Both the position numbers and the translations under genes were made by a program. DNA of 64,000 nt from the human T2T-CHM13v2.0 reference genome, Homo sapiens. Shown one piece after another: positions 20,144-51,060 of the stretch. Numbering within the stretch: position 1 is the stretch's first letter; every line of letters begins with the position of its first letter. The notes below the pieces were generated by a model. The model searched no databases. It had not been told where the DNA came from and was given only the letters and a program-made list of their open reading frames with translations. Location of the stretch: the NCBI RefSeq assembly GCF_009914755.1, contig NC_060934.1. One strand, 5' to 3'.

Positions 20144-20720
20144 GTTTAGCCTTAACTTAAATTAAAATAATAATACTTATTTAATATTTATAATGTTTAA
20201 TATTTAAATATAATATTTAACTCTAGAGATGAAAAAGATAAAAATCTAATCAATCTTTTCTGCTTTGCTGGAAACACATGCATTTTCTCTTTGTCGTTAT
20301 TGGTCATGGAAAATATGCCGTGACTATTCACAGACTAATGATAAATAAATAAATGTGTAACTTTTTAAAAAGAATCTTGCTTGAATCAAATGCACAACTG
20401 ATTAGGTGAGAGGTGCTGTGTGTATATAGGCTATCATGAAATCCAAACCTCGTCAGGAAAGAAAATGACTGAACATGAAAAAACTGTAGCACATCATCAC
20501 CTGTGTAATAGTTTGGAGGATTATATTCACCAGAGCTAAAAACAGAAAGAGCAGTGGTAGTTCTTGGAAGATTCTGTGGACTTTTCTCTGTGTAGAGAAA
20601 GGAAAGGTAGGGGCCATTGGGCATATGGAACTACCAGGTTTTCTGGGCATATGGAGCTGCCAGGTCTTCTGGCCATTCTAGAGTGGCGTGGCTCTGCCAT
20701 CAGGCAAGAATGGGAGTCTC

Positions 20721-21342
<622 letters not shown>

Positions 21343-21947
21343 TCAACATTACCCTTGAAAATCCTTTAGGAAGTGAAGATGGATACATTGTTACCCAATA
21401 GGCCCCTACTAGTGTTTTCCCCAGCAAGAGAGTCATTATTTCTTCAATTGCATGCTGAATGAGATGGATATCTAATAGCAGGATTAACCTTAGGACAGGC
21501 AGATGAGATGCTTCCCGGACTGCTACCAAGGAAGGATATGTAGACTCATATCTCCCATCTCATTTTCACTTTTGGTTGAAAGCTTTTGAAGAAAGCAGGC
21601 AGTGTCACCTGCACTATACAAATTGTTATTATTCTCTATTATTTAAAGAGGGTTGTATAGCAGTTAAATTTGAGTAAATTAAGTGAATAGATCCTGCAAC
21701 TCAATTTTGGGAAATGTACTCTAAGACTTTTGAGTGCTATGTATTGCCTTGATTAGGGAAGGAAGGTATTTCAGAGGGAGGGAAGGAATTTTTCCAGTTT
21801 CAAAAAATGAAACAATAATTGAAGAAAAGCCTTTCTGCAGAAATATATAGGAAGGTGGATCGTGAGACAGAGAAGACAGGCCAGGAAATGGACTGTGCCA
21901 GAAAGGGCCTTGTGAGGAGTGCTTGATTTCTTCTTCTTTTGCCTTAG

Positions 21948-22916
<969 letters not shown>

Positions 22917-23096
22917 GATGTAATTCCCTTTAGTTAGTTGCATAACTTCAGCAAGCCTCATGTACTCAGGTGGAGTGTTGTGGAAAACCAAACGATTGGG
23001 CAGTAAATGGAAATTTGGCCTTCCCTAAATCATCCCTCCACTCAGCATGGCTGTAGAACCTTGTGTCATGGAAGGTGAGTAGGACAAGGTTTTTTG

Positions 23097-23555
<459 letters not shown>

Positions 23556-23813
23556 GTAGTACAAGGTTTTTAGCAGCAACTAGCTACAGGTTGAACACAG
23601 GCCTAACACAGAAGCTGGCAGCCATCAGAGGGAACAGGGGATAACAGAGGTACAGCTATGCAGCTGCGTGAGCCGGGAACAGACATGAAATTAATTTGCT
23701 ATTTCTTTCTCCCCACATGTGCTATAGAAAGGTGGCTGACTTTTTTTTCTAGTTTATGGCATTTTGTTAAGTGACTGACTATTGAAAGAGGTGAACAATA
23801 TAAGCATTCCTGA

Positions 23814-25140
<1,327 letters not shown>

Positions 25141-25194
25141 CGATTCATCATTCTAGGAATTGAGTTGATAAAAGCGGCAAATTAAGTAGTACCT

Positions 25195-25648
25195 GGCTTC
25201 TCAACCTGGGCTACACACTCGAATTCTTCTGAGAGTTTAATAACTCCTGTTGGGCACAGTGGTTCACACCTGTCATCCCAACATTTTGGGAATTCAAGAC
25301 CAGCCTGGGCAACATAGTGAGAACCCCATCTCTACTATACATATACACACATACACACACTATATATATATATATACACACACACTATATATATATATAC
25401 ACACTATATATATACACACACTATATATATACTCACACACTATATTTTATTGTGTGTGCGTGGAGACACATATATATGTATACATATACATATATATGTC
25501 CACACACACACACAATAAAAACTCCTGAGGCTCAGACCACCATGGAGATAGATGAATTCAAGCTCTCTGGAGGTGGGGCCCGCACATGGGGATTTTAATA
25601 CTCCCCTCAGGTGATCCCACTGTGCCACCAGGGATGGGAACCACCTGC
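25195..25648. mobile_element. MER5A-like DNA transposon split by a FLAM fragment and a compound (TA/CA)n microsatellite (25336-25515)
   Basis: ttctcaacctgggctacac...tctctggaggtggggccc...ctcccctcaggtgat...gggaaccac. Confidence 0.65.
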
Positions 25649-26103
25649 TACAGAGGCAATTAGTGGAAAAGGAAATGCTTACTTCACAGAAGCCACCAGA
25701 AGCTTGACACTTAAGAACGTGTGCAAGAATTTGTATCTTGCTTTCTCTTATTCTGGAGCAGAAGGCATTTTAGGAGTTCTTAGTCCAGAAATGTAAACTA
25801 TTCTGTTTGGACTTCTTCATTAAAGCACGTGTGGGCGATGTCCCTGTGAAATCACTTCAACCATCTGGCAGTGCAACAGGAAGCTATTCTGATTTTGTAT
25901 AAAACGGAACAAGTTGGGTGAGGCAGCAATGAAAACTTACCCATTATAGCATTGATTTTCTGAGGGGTACAGAAGGAACTTCATTTCTCCAAGGGGATTT
26001 TTTTCCTTCTATTTCCATAGAAAATATTTCTAAAGTGAATATTTAATTTGATTGAATTATGACTTTTATATAATAAATACACAAACTTCAAAGGCTTTAG
26101 TAA

Positions 26104-26950
<847 letters not shown>

Positions 26951-27339
26951 AACTGAAGCAGCTTAAAAAATGTATGTGGGAAGTGGCTGGTATAGGAGAA
27001 AGTTGGGAGCATTAAGCAGATGAGGTGAGGGGGAGAATGGCCTCTATAACACGCTGTTACCATCACTTAGTAGGTATGGGATTTTGAGGTAACCCCACAA
27101 AGGCTAATTCCTCCTAAAATCTGTGTCTGCAGCCTTGCTAACAGCATGTGACAAACAGCACTGAGCATAGCCAGCTGTAGATGATACATCTGAGAGTCTT
27201 TTGCAAACAGATATTCTTTTTCAGTATAAATATAATTCTTGATTATAGCAATGTATAAAAATATACGATCACAATCTGTAAACAAAACAAAGCAACAACA
27301 ACAAAAATTCACATGCATTTGGATGGTTACTAGCAAAAA

Positions 27340-28880
<1,541 letters not shown>

Positions 28881-29139
28881 AAACCACAAATAACAGTTTT
28901 GAAGGAAAATTACTCTATTAGATCCAAGTTGATCGTCTTTGCCTGCTAACCTCTAACTGTAATTAGTTGTCCCTTGCAGAATCACTGTCTATAGACTAAA
29001 TCTCACACCAGTAGTGTTTTAGGAAGATAACAGCTTGACATGAAAATTCGACACTTCAGTGTGATTCTCTCTCCCTGTGGGTCCACTTTTATCATGTTTT
29101 TAATGTGCTCTTCATCTGCTCAAGTTCTACTATTGTTCT

Positions 29140-34400
<5,261 letters not shown>

Positions 34401-34560
34401 TATATATATATTTAAAAAAAGAAATAAATGATGGTGCCAAATTTTGTATTTATCTAAGATGCTGTGTTTTCTTTGTATCTCTTAACAAGAAGTTATTAGA
34501 CCAAATTAATAATAGGGAAAACAAAAATCTTGGCTGTTATTGCAGAACACTGAACCCACG

Positions 34561-34682
34561 TGTATTAGGCTGTTCTTACATTGCTATAAATAAATATCTG
34601 AGACTGAGTAATTTATAAGAAAAGAGGTTTAATTGGCTCATGATTCTGCGAGAGAGAGAGTGAGGAGGGTTTGTCACACTCT
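34561..34682 (-). mobile_element. MST-type MaLR LTR 3' fragment
   Basis: tgtattaggctgttctt...gagactgagtaatttataagaaaagaggtttaattggctcatgattctgc. Confidence 0.8.
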
Positions 34683-36760
<2,078 letters not shown>

Positions 36761-36814
36761 AAACTCACTCTGCTGTAGGTTCAGTCCCTGCCTTTCCTGC
36801 TGGCTATGATACAG

Positions 36815-37343
36815 GGTATGGACTGATGACTACTGACTATAAAAATGGTCCCAGTTCTCCACTCTTTCCTCTATTTTCATCCTTTGCAATGTGATTTTGC
36901 AGTTGTCACCATCAAGAGGTGGTGCTGGTTTTCTCATCTATTGAATCTGGACTGACCTTGTGTGATATGTTCTTCCAATAGAATGCAGGTGAGTGACAGT
37001 GTGCTAGTTCTCAGTCTAGGCCTCATGAAGCCTTATGTGCTTCAATTCTCTTCCTTGGAATGCTGCAACCACTATATGGCAAGTCCAGGCTTGCCTGCTG
37101 TAGGATAAGGGACCACATGGAGCAGAGATGAGTTTCCCAACTGAAACCATCCTAGACCTCCCAATCCTCAGCCTATCGAGCAGCTGATGGTGGATGCATG
37201 AGCTAGCCCAGCCAAGATGTGCTGAGCATGGTTAGGATCAAAATCACCCAGGAGCCCTGCAGACTTGTAAGCTAAATAAGTGCCTTTTGAATTAAGTCAG
37301 TAAGTTTTGAGGAAGTTTGTTACATGCATAGCTAATTGATGTA
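36815..37343 (+). mobile_element. MLT1-type (MLT1F/G-like) MaLR solo LTR
   Basis: cctttgcaatgtgattttgcag...catcaagaggtgg...ttgaatctgg...taagttttgagg..gtttgttacatgcatagctaa. Confidence 0.7.
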
Positions 37344-37417
37344 TGAAGTAAATATCAAGTCATCTATTTCAAAACAAAATAAGACAAAATCTCCTTCAAC
37401 TATTTACTCTAGAGTAG

Positions 37418-38360
<943 letters not shown>

Positions 38361-38870
38361 TGAGACTAAAGATCTTTTAATTCCCAAGTCCGGTGGACAC
38401 TTTCTAATGCTTGTCTTACTTAAGTTTCTGCACCATTGGACACAGTTGATGACTCCTTTCTTGACTCTGTCTCCTGGTTTTTCATGACACTACTGTCTTC
38501 TGGTTTTCCTCCTGCCTCTGTGGCTATTGCTTTTAATTCTCCAACATGGATCCATCTTCCTCTGCTTCCTCCATTAATGTCCACGTTCTCCAATGATCAG
38601 TGCCCAACCCCTTTTTTCCCTCAGTATTTTAGATAGACCACTTTGATGATATTGTGAAAGGTATGTTTTTGTAACCCTTGCATATTCCAAAAAGTCATCA
38701 TGTTCTCTTCATAAGTGAAAGCCAATTTTATTTCAACTCTGCTATTTGTTTTTACTTTTTTGAAGTTCTTATTTCCGCCACTTTGCTTTTCAAGTCATCC
38801 TTTGCTTTATTTTTTAATCCCATCCTGTCATCTTTTTCTCTTTCTTTCCTCTTTTATTTTTCTGCTCTAA

Positions 38871-39374
<504 letters not shown>

Positions 39375-39912
39375 TGAAGTGATCTGCCTGCCTTAGCCTC
39401 CCAAAAGGGCTGAGATTACAGGCGTGAGCCACCGTGCCTAGTGGCGATTATTCTTTTAATCTAGTTTTGCACTACATTTTTATAGGCAATTTTTTTCTCT
39501 GTCACTCATTCTTACATAAGTTGAGATCATCTAGCCATGCTTTTTTTTGTCAACAGATAGAGGGGACAGTCCTGGCATTCCTCACTGCACACTCGTGGGG
39601 AGATTGAACTCCTTTCTTGGATCTACTGTTTGAGAGGAAGATAAACTGCTGCTAGTCCAGTTGCCAGTTTTTAGGATATTTTCGATTATTCTGGTCCTAT
39701 TCATGATAGTCTTACCTCACTCCTTGCACTTTGAAACTATCAAGTGCTTGAATATTAATATCCTGGCCAGGTGCAGTGGCTCACGCCTGTGATCCTAGCA
39801 TTTTGGAAGGCTGGGGCCGGAGGATCACCTGAGCCCAGGAATTAAAGACAAGCTTGGGCAACATAGTGAGACTATGTCTCTACAAAAGAAAAAAAAATAT
39901 CCCCATTAGGTA

Positions 39913-41118
<1,206 letters not shown>

Positions 41119-41416
41119 GCACCCCTATTGGGATTCTTCCAGTTTTGACCCTCTGCCTTTGAAACTTTATGCATGGAGTCTATACCTGCAATATACTACC
41201 ACCAGCCTTCCAGAGCACTACTTTCTGCCCAATCAGTCTTTGGTTGTTACCTCTGAATTGTAAAAACTGATAATGAAATTGGCTAACATTAATAGGAACA
41301 TATTCTGACTCAAAGATTATGCTAAGGATTTTACATCTACTGTCCTAGTTAATGTAACAATATAGAAAGATATGGGGGGATGGGAGAGTGAGGTGAAGAA
41401 TAAGAAGAAAGAATCA

Positions 41417-42668
<1,252 letters not shown>

Positions 42669-44340
42669 TCAAAAGCCTATATATTTTAGATGTTTTGGTT
42701 GTTATCTTTATTGTTTTCTGCCTTGTGTGCTAATCTACATATATCTTTTTTTAAAAAAAAAAACTCCAACCACATATTTCACTCTGTCACTGCCAGAAGC
42801 AACAGTACAGTATTATACTCTCCAATTTCTCTACCAGATTCAAGGGTTATGGCCTCTTTGGCAGGGAGAGAGTTACTGTCAGGAAAATCTTACTGTTGGA
42901 TCCAGGACAAACCATTAAACAGTTGCATAAGTCTTTGTCAGCTTGGAGTTGTTGTTCTGCAGGTGTTTTGCTATGTTGACACAGCTCATGTTTGCCCTGT
43001 TTTACTTATTGCTCTTTCTTTTGGAGGAAATCATAGAGAAAACAGGACTCAAACCACAAACGGAAACAGTTTATCTGTTTAGCTGTTGAACTCCCCGGGA
43101 AAGAAGAAAGAAATCAGTTAAGAGATGCATGAGTGAATCTTTTTAAAAATCCATCTTCAAAACACACCAGAGAGAGTAATGAAAGTGATTGATTGATTAG
43201 AGGCATTTGCACCAGAGAGACACAAATGCCTCTAATTGAGGCATTAAGGTTAATAATTGTGAAAGTCCCGTCATGCTGAAGGCTCTGCAGAAGGGACGCA
43301 GGTAAGTAAAACAAGCCTCTGCCCTCATGGAGCTTCTTGCTCAACAGAGAAAAAGAGCAGGCAAGTGACTCTAACATACAGCAAACCGTAAAAATGTGGC
43401 CGTCATCCTCGTGACACCCCCCATTTCAGCAGATCTTAATAATTATTCATAATCAATTATATTTACAGATCTTGTTTCTAAACACACGTGAAAATCTTGT
43501 ATATTTTATTCTAAACATATGTGAAAATCTTGTTCTCAAATACAGCATTTAATGAGGCCAATGAACAAGCTTTCAGAGAATAATATATTGTTGTCTAGGA
43601 AGAAAGGAAGGTTTTGGAAAATACAAGTGACCTGTCCCTGTGCCTTGCTGATGGCCACTGAAAAGGCTGAGCATATAGGAAATAGTCTTCATTCTAATGT
43701 GAAAGGCATATTTGTGTCCCGTGGAATGAGAGGTATGCATGGTATGAGAACAGGACCCAGGGTCATTGCAGGGCTTACAGTTGTAAGGCATATTTCATGA
43801 GTTATATTCCTCCACATGGATCATTGCTTGTTAGTTATCACATTCATTACTTCTATTAGATCAGTCCTAGGGTGTTTAATTATTCCTGTAATTTTCATTT
43901 GTTCTTCCCTTTCTTCATCATTCTCTGTCTTTGGTATTGTGGAATTTCATTTCAGTCTCGAAGTCCATTTGATCTCATCCAAGTGCTAGTTCAGGAGCAT
44001 TTGTGTTCTGTTTTCTCAGAGTCTTTGTACATAGCTCAGCAATTCTTATATTTCTTAAAACTTTTATCTGTTGGATGAAGTAAAGGCTCAGAACTATATA
44101 TGATTTTTATAAACACCTACATTCTAAGTCTGAATAGATTATGTGTATTTGATATTTTACAGAGTAAAAATTTGAAGATTACTTTTACACAATTAAATAC
44201 TTGTTTATAGCTTACAAACAAGCTGTATAAACTATTAATCATGATCTATCACCTGACAAGGCTAATATTTATCTAACGTTTCTTTTCTTTTCTTTCTTTT
44301 TTTCTTTCTTTTCTTTTTTTTTTTGAGACAGGGTTTTTTT

Positions 44341-46830
44341 GTTTTTTTTTTTTTTGAGACAGCCTGTCACCCAGGCTGGAGTGCAGTGTCATGATCTCGG
44401 TTTACTGCAACCTCCGCCTCCTGGGCTCAAGTGATCCTCCCACCTCAGCCTCCTGAGTAGCTGGGACTACAGGCATGCACCATCACATCTGGCTAATTTT
44501 TGTATTTTTTGTAGAGATGGGGTGTATTAGTCTGTTTTCATACTGCTGATAAAGACATACCCTAGACTGGGAAGAAAAAGAGGTTTAATTGGACTTACAC
44601 TTCCACATGGCCAATGAGGCTTCACAATCATGGCAGGAGGTGAAAGGCACTTCTTACATGGTAGTGGCAGGAGGAAATGAGGAAGAAGCAAAAGCGGAAA
44701 CCCCTGATAAACCCATCAGATCTCGTGAGACTTATTCACTATCATGAGAATAGCATGGGAAAGACTGGCCCCCATGATTCAATTACCTTCCCCTGGGTCC
44801 CTCCCATAACACAGGGGAACTCTGGGAGATAAATTCAAGTTGAGATTTGGGTGGGGACACAGCCAAACCATCTCATCCCACCCCGGCCCCTCCAAATCTC
44901 ATGTCCTCACATTTCAAAACCAACCATGCCTTCCCAACAGTCCCCCAAAGTCTTATTTCAGCATTAACCCAAAGTCCACAGTCCAAAGTCTCATCTGAGA
45001 CAAGGCAAGTCCTTTCTGCCTATGAGTCTGTAAAATCAAAAGCAAGCTAGTTACTTCCTAGATACAATGGGGGTACAGGTATTGGGTAAATACAGCTGCT
45101 CCAAGTGGGAGAAATTGGCCAAAACAAAAGGGTTACAGGCCCCATGCAAGTCCAAAATCCAGTGGGGAAGTCAAATTTTAAAGCTCCAAAAAATGATCTC
45201 CTTTGACTCCAGGTCACGCTGATGTAAGAGGTGGGTTCCCATGGTCTTGGGCAGCCCTGCCCCTGTGGCTTTGTAGGGTACAGCCTCCCTCCTGGCTGCT
45301 TTCATGGGCTGGCATTGAGTGTCTGTGGCTTTTCCAGGTGCATGGTGCAAGCTGTCAGTGGACAATGGTAAATGGTACCAATTTACCATTCTGGGGTCTG
45401 GAGGACAGTGGCCCTCTTCTCACAGCTCCAGTAGGCAATGTCCCAGTAGGGAGTCTGCGTGGGGCCTCTGACCTGATATTTCGCTTCTACACTTCCCTAG
45501 CAGAGGTTCTTCATGAAGGCCCCACCCCTGCAGCAAACTTCTGCCTGGGCATCAGGGGTTTCCATATATCTTCTGAAATCTAGGCAGAGGTTCCCAAACC
45601 TCAATTCTTGACTTCTGTGCATGCACAGGCTCAACACCACATGGAAGCTGCCAAGGCTTGGGACTTCCAACCTCTAAAGCCACAGCCCAAGCTGTACATT
45701 GACCCCTTTCAGTCATGGCTGGAGCAGCTGGGACACAGGGCCCCAAGTCCCTAGGCTGCACACAGCATGGGGACCCTGGGCCTGGCCCACAAAACCACTT
45801 TTTCCTCCTGGGCCTCCAGGCCTGTGATGGGAGGGGCTGTCATGAAAGTCTCTGACATGACCTGGAGACACTTTCCCCATGGTCTTGGGGATTAATATTA
45901 GGCTCCTTACTACTTATGCAAATTTCTGCAGCTGGCTTAAATTTCTCCTCAGAAAATGGGTTTTTCTTTTCTACTGCATCATCAGGCTGAAAATTTTCTG
46001 AACTTTTATGCTGTGTTTCCCTTTTAAAACAGAATGCTTTTAACAGCATCCAAGTCACCTTTTGAATGCTTTGATGTTTAGAAATTTCTTATGCCAGATA
46101 CCCTAAATCATCTCTCTCAAGTTCAAAGTTCCACAAATCTCTAGGGCAGAGGCAAAATGCTGCAGTCTTTTTGCTAAAACATAACGAGAGTCACATTTGC
46201 TCCAGTTCCCAACAAGTTCCTTATCTCCATCTGAGACCACCTCAGCCTGGACCATATTGCTTATATCGCTATCAGCATTTTTGTCAAAGCCATTCAACAA
46301 GTCTCTAGGAGGTTCCAAACTTTCCCACATTTTCATCTCTTCCTCTGAGCCCTCTAACTGTTCCAACCTCTGCCTGACACTCAGTTCCAAAGTTGCTTCC
46401 ACATTTTTGGGTTTCTTTTCAGCAATGCCCCACTCTACCGGTACCAATTTACTGTATTAGTCTGTTTTCATGCTGCTGATACAGACATACTTGAGACTGG
46501 GAAGAAAAAGAGGTTTAATTGGGCTTACACTTCCACATGGCCAGGGAGGCCTCAGAATCATGGCGGGAAGCGAAAGGCACTTCTTACATGGTGGTGACAA
46601 GAGAAAATGAGGAAGAAGCAAAAGTGGAAACCCCTGATAAACTCATCAGATCTTGTGAGACTTATTCACTATCATAAGAATAGCATGGGAAAGACTGGCC
46701 CCCATGAATCAATTACCTCCTCCTGGGTCCCTCCCAAAACACACACGAATTCTGGGAGATGCAATTCAAGTTGAGATTTGGGTGGGGATAAAGCCAAACC
46801 ATATCATGGGGTTTCACCATGTTGGCCAGG
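44341..46830 (-). mobile_element. Host Alu split by THE1A (44341-44522 and 46807-46830)
   Basis: ...gtagagatgggg|[THE1A]|tggggtttcaccatgttggccagg. Confidence 0.88.
44523..46806 (-). mobile_element. Full-length THE1A MaLR provirus: 3' LTR 44523-44875, internal 44876-46452, 5' LTR 46453-46806
   Basis: Two ~354-bp direct-repeat LTRs with TG..CA ends matching THE1A; THE1-int sequence between them; TSD tgggg at 44518-44522 and 46807-46811. Confidence 0.92.
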
Positions 46831-46834
46831 CCAA

Positions 46835-49170
46835 TTTTAGAGGGAAATTATTCTGTGTTTCAACATTAAGTATGATGTTATCTGTAGAATTTTTGTTGAG
46901 AATTTTCATCAGGAATGGATGTTGTGTTTTGTCAAATGCATCTGCTGTGTCCATTGAGAGGATTACATAATTTTTCTTTTTTTGGTTTATTAATATGGTG
47001 AATTACATTTATTGATTTTTGAATGATAAACCAACCTTGCATTTCTAGAATAAACCTCACTTGGCCATGATGCTCTTAATATGCTGTTGGATTTAATTTT
47101 GATAAAATTTTGTTTAGAATTTATGTTCATGGGGAATACTTCTCTCTAATGTTTTCTGACTATATTTTCTCATTTCTTTATTCCTCCTTGCAAATCTATT
47201 AGTTTTTTGCCTCATGTAATTAAAAGATCTGTAATTTGGTGCACAGACTTGTGTTTTGTGCTTGAGGGTTCACTTAGCTTGGTGGATCTGCGGGTTTACA
47301 ACTTTTGTCATATGTGGAAAATTTAGGGCCATTAAATATTTTTCTGTCCTCTCTCATCTCCTTTGCAGATTCTAATTACAAATACATTAGGTCACTTGAA
47401 GTTATCCCACAATTCACTGATGCTCTTTTCATTAAAAAATTCTTTTTTCTCTTGTCTTTCACTACAATAGTTTCTATTGGTCTATCTTCCAGTTTATTAA
47501 TATTTACTTCTTCAATGATTAATCTGTCATTAACCCCATCTAGAGATTTTTCATCTCATGCATTCTACTTTTTATGTCCAAAAGTTCAATTTGGGTCTTC
47601 TAAAAACATCTTCCATGTCTCTATGTAAATTTCTGAAGATATGCAATGCAGTTATAATAACATGTTTTAAAGTTCTTGTCTATTAGTTCTAATCTCTATG
47701 TCAGTTTTGAGTCAGTTTGAACTGACTCAAATATTTCTCCTCATTAGGGGTCCTATTTTCTGCTTGTTTTATTTCTGATAACTTTTGCCTGGATGCCAGA
47801 CATAGTAAACTTTACTTTGTTAGGTGCTGGATATTTTATATTCCTGTAAATATTCTTGAGCTTTGTTCTGGGGTGCAGTTACATTACTTGGAAGCAGTTT
47901 GATTCATTTGGGTCTTGCTTTGAGTTTTGTTAGGTAGGACCAGCACAGTGCTCAGCCTAAGGCTAATTGCCCACAATACTGAGGCAAGAGCCTTCTGTAT
48001 ACTCAACCCCATGCCCAGGGAATTACAGTATTTTTCCAGTCTGTCCAGTGGGAGCAGGCACTATTCGTGGCCCTCTGTGTGGAATGGGTGCTGTTTCTTT
48101 AATCCTTTTGAATGGTGCTTTTCCCAGTATCAAGTAGTTTCCTCATATGCATCCACTGCTCAATGTTCTGCCGCACACTTAAGGGGGACCTTCTGCAGAT
48201 ACCTGGATCCTTCCTTCCTTCCTTCCCTCCCTCCCTTCCCTCCCTCCCTTCTCTTTTCCTTTCTTTTTTTTATTTTCTTTCTTCCTTCCTTCCTTCCTTC
48301 TTACTTTTATTTTCTTCCTTCCTTCCTTCCTTCTTTTGTTTTCTCTTCTCTTCTCTTGGTTTCTTTTCTTTCCTTTTATCTTCGTTTCTTTTCTTTTCTT
48401 TTCTTTCTCAGGGTCTCACTCTTTCACCCAGGCTGGAGTGCAGTGGCACAATTGTAGTTCACTGCAGGCTTGACCTTCTAGGCTCGAACAATCCTCCCAC
48501 CTCAGACTCCCAAGTAGCTGGGACTACAGACGTGCACCACCACACTCAACTAATTTTTGTATTTTTTCTAGAGAAGTGGCCTCACCATGTTGTCCAGGCT
48601 GACCTCAAACTCCTACTCAAGCAATCCTCCTGCCTCGACCTCCCAAAGTGCTCGGATTAACAGGCATGAGCCACTGTGTGGAGCCTGGATTTCTTTTTTT
48701 ATGAAATAGTCTCCTCTCCATTACTCTGTCCTCAACACTCTAGCTTCCACTGTCTTTGTGGACTCTCAATTTCATCTCCTCAATTAGAGGAGTTCACTGG
48801 GTTTTGCCTGGTTTCTCTGTATGTTGCAGCCTAGAAACTCTTAAACTTTCTCATAGTGGTAAAACGAGCATTTGTAGCACTCGACTTGTTCACTGACTGT
48901 TTCTCAGGGATCACTGTCCTTCATTGCCTCTACTCAGTGCCTTCAAAGCTATTATTTCATATATTTCATCTGTCTTGTTGTTGTTTGGTTGCTTCATGTG
49001 TTAGAGTAAATCAACTTCTATTTCTCTATCTGGGCTGGAAACAGAAGTCTCTGGTTTTGTTTTGTTTTGTTTTTAAATGCTATTTTAAGTGGATTTTATA
49101 ACATTAATTTTCTAATTACTTCTAGAAATACAATTGATTTTTGTATATTGACCTTGTATCCTCCAAATAG
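46835..49170 (-). mobile_element. Old L1 (L1M-type) fragments with a CT-rich tract (48205-48410) and Alu 48410-48685(-)
   Basis: attaagtatgatgtta...ttttgtcaaatgc...aaccaaccttgcatt...gaaatacaattgatttttgtatattgaccttgtatcc are antisense L1 ORF2 motifs. Confidence 0.75.
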
Positions 49171-49708
49171 TACGGTTTTAACAAGATTATTGGATCATTC
49201 ACATACACACATCTGAAGAGAGGTAAATATAAAGTGATTGGGGGATTAAGGAGCAAGAACTCACAGTATATAGAAGAAATTACTAAAAGAGCTGCAAGGA
49301 AGAGGTGGGATTTGAAGGATATATAGGATATGTTATAAAGAAAAGCTGCAGCATGAACAAAGCACAGAAGGAGGCCTAATCAAGGGCTGAGAAGTTCAAT
49401 TTGAATTAAAGGTCAGTTTTGAGCAGAAGATTTCAGAAAACCGAAGTCGCTACACATATATTATGTATATGTATATATAACTGCGATAAGAGAGTCTTCT
49501 CAGACCAGGTTAAATCTTTCAAGATAAGTTTTATTTTTCTTTCATAAAGTGCTCACAATTCGAATTAACTTTTTTTAAGCCTATATCTGTAATGTTTATC
49601 TTCCACAAGAGACTGAAAATTCAGTGAGGGCAGAAATCACTCGTTTTCACTTTTTGTTGTGTTTATGGCATTTAAAAATAAATATTCATTGAATTAATTA
49701 ATAAATGA

Positions 49709-51060
<1,352 letters not shown>

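Noticed and set aside
45171-46460. ORFs within the THE1A internal region
   Set aside because: Short fragments of a decayed MaLR internal sequence; no intact long ORF.
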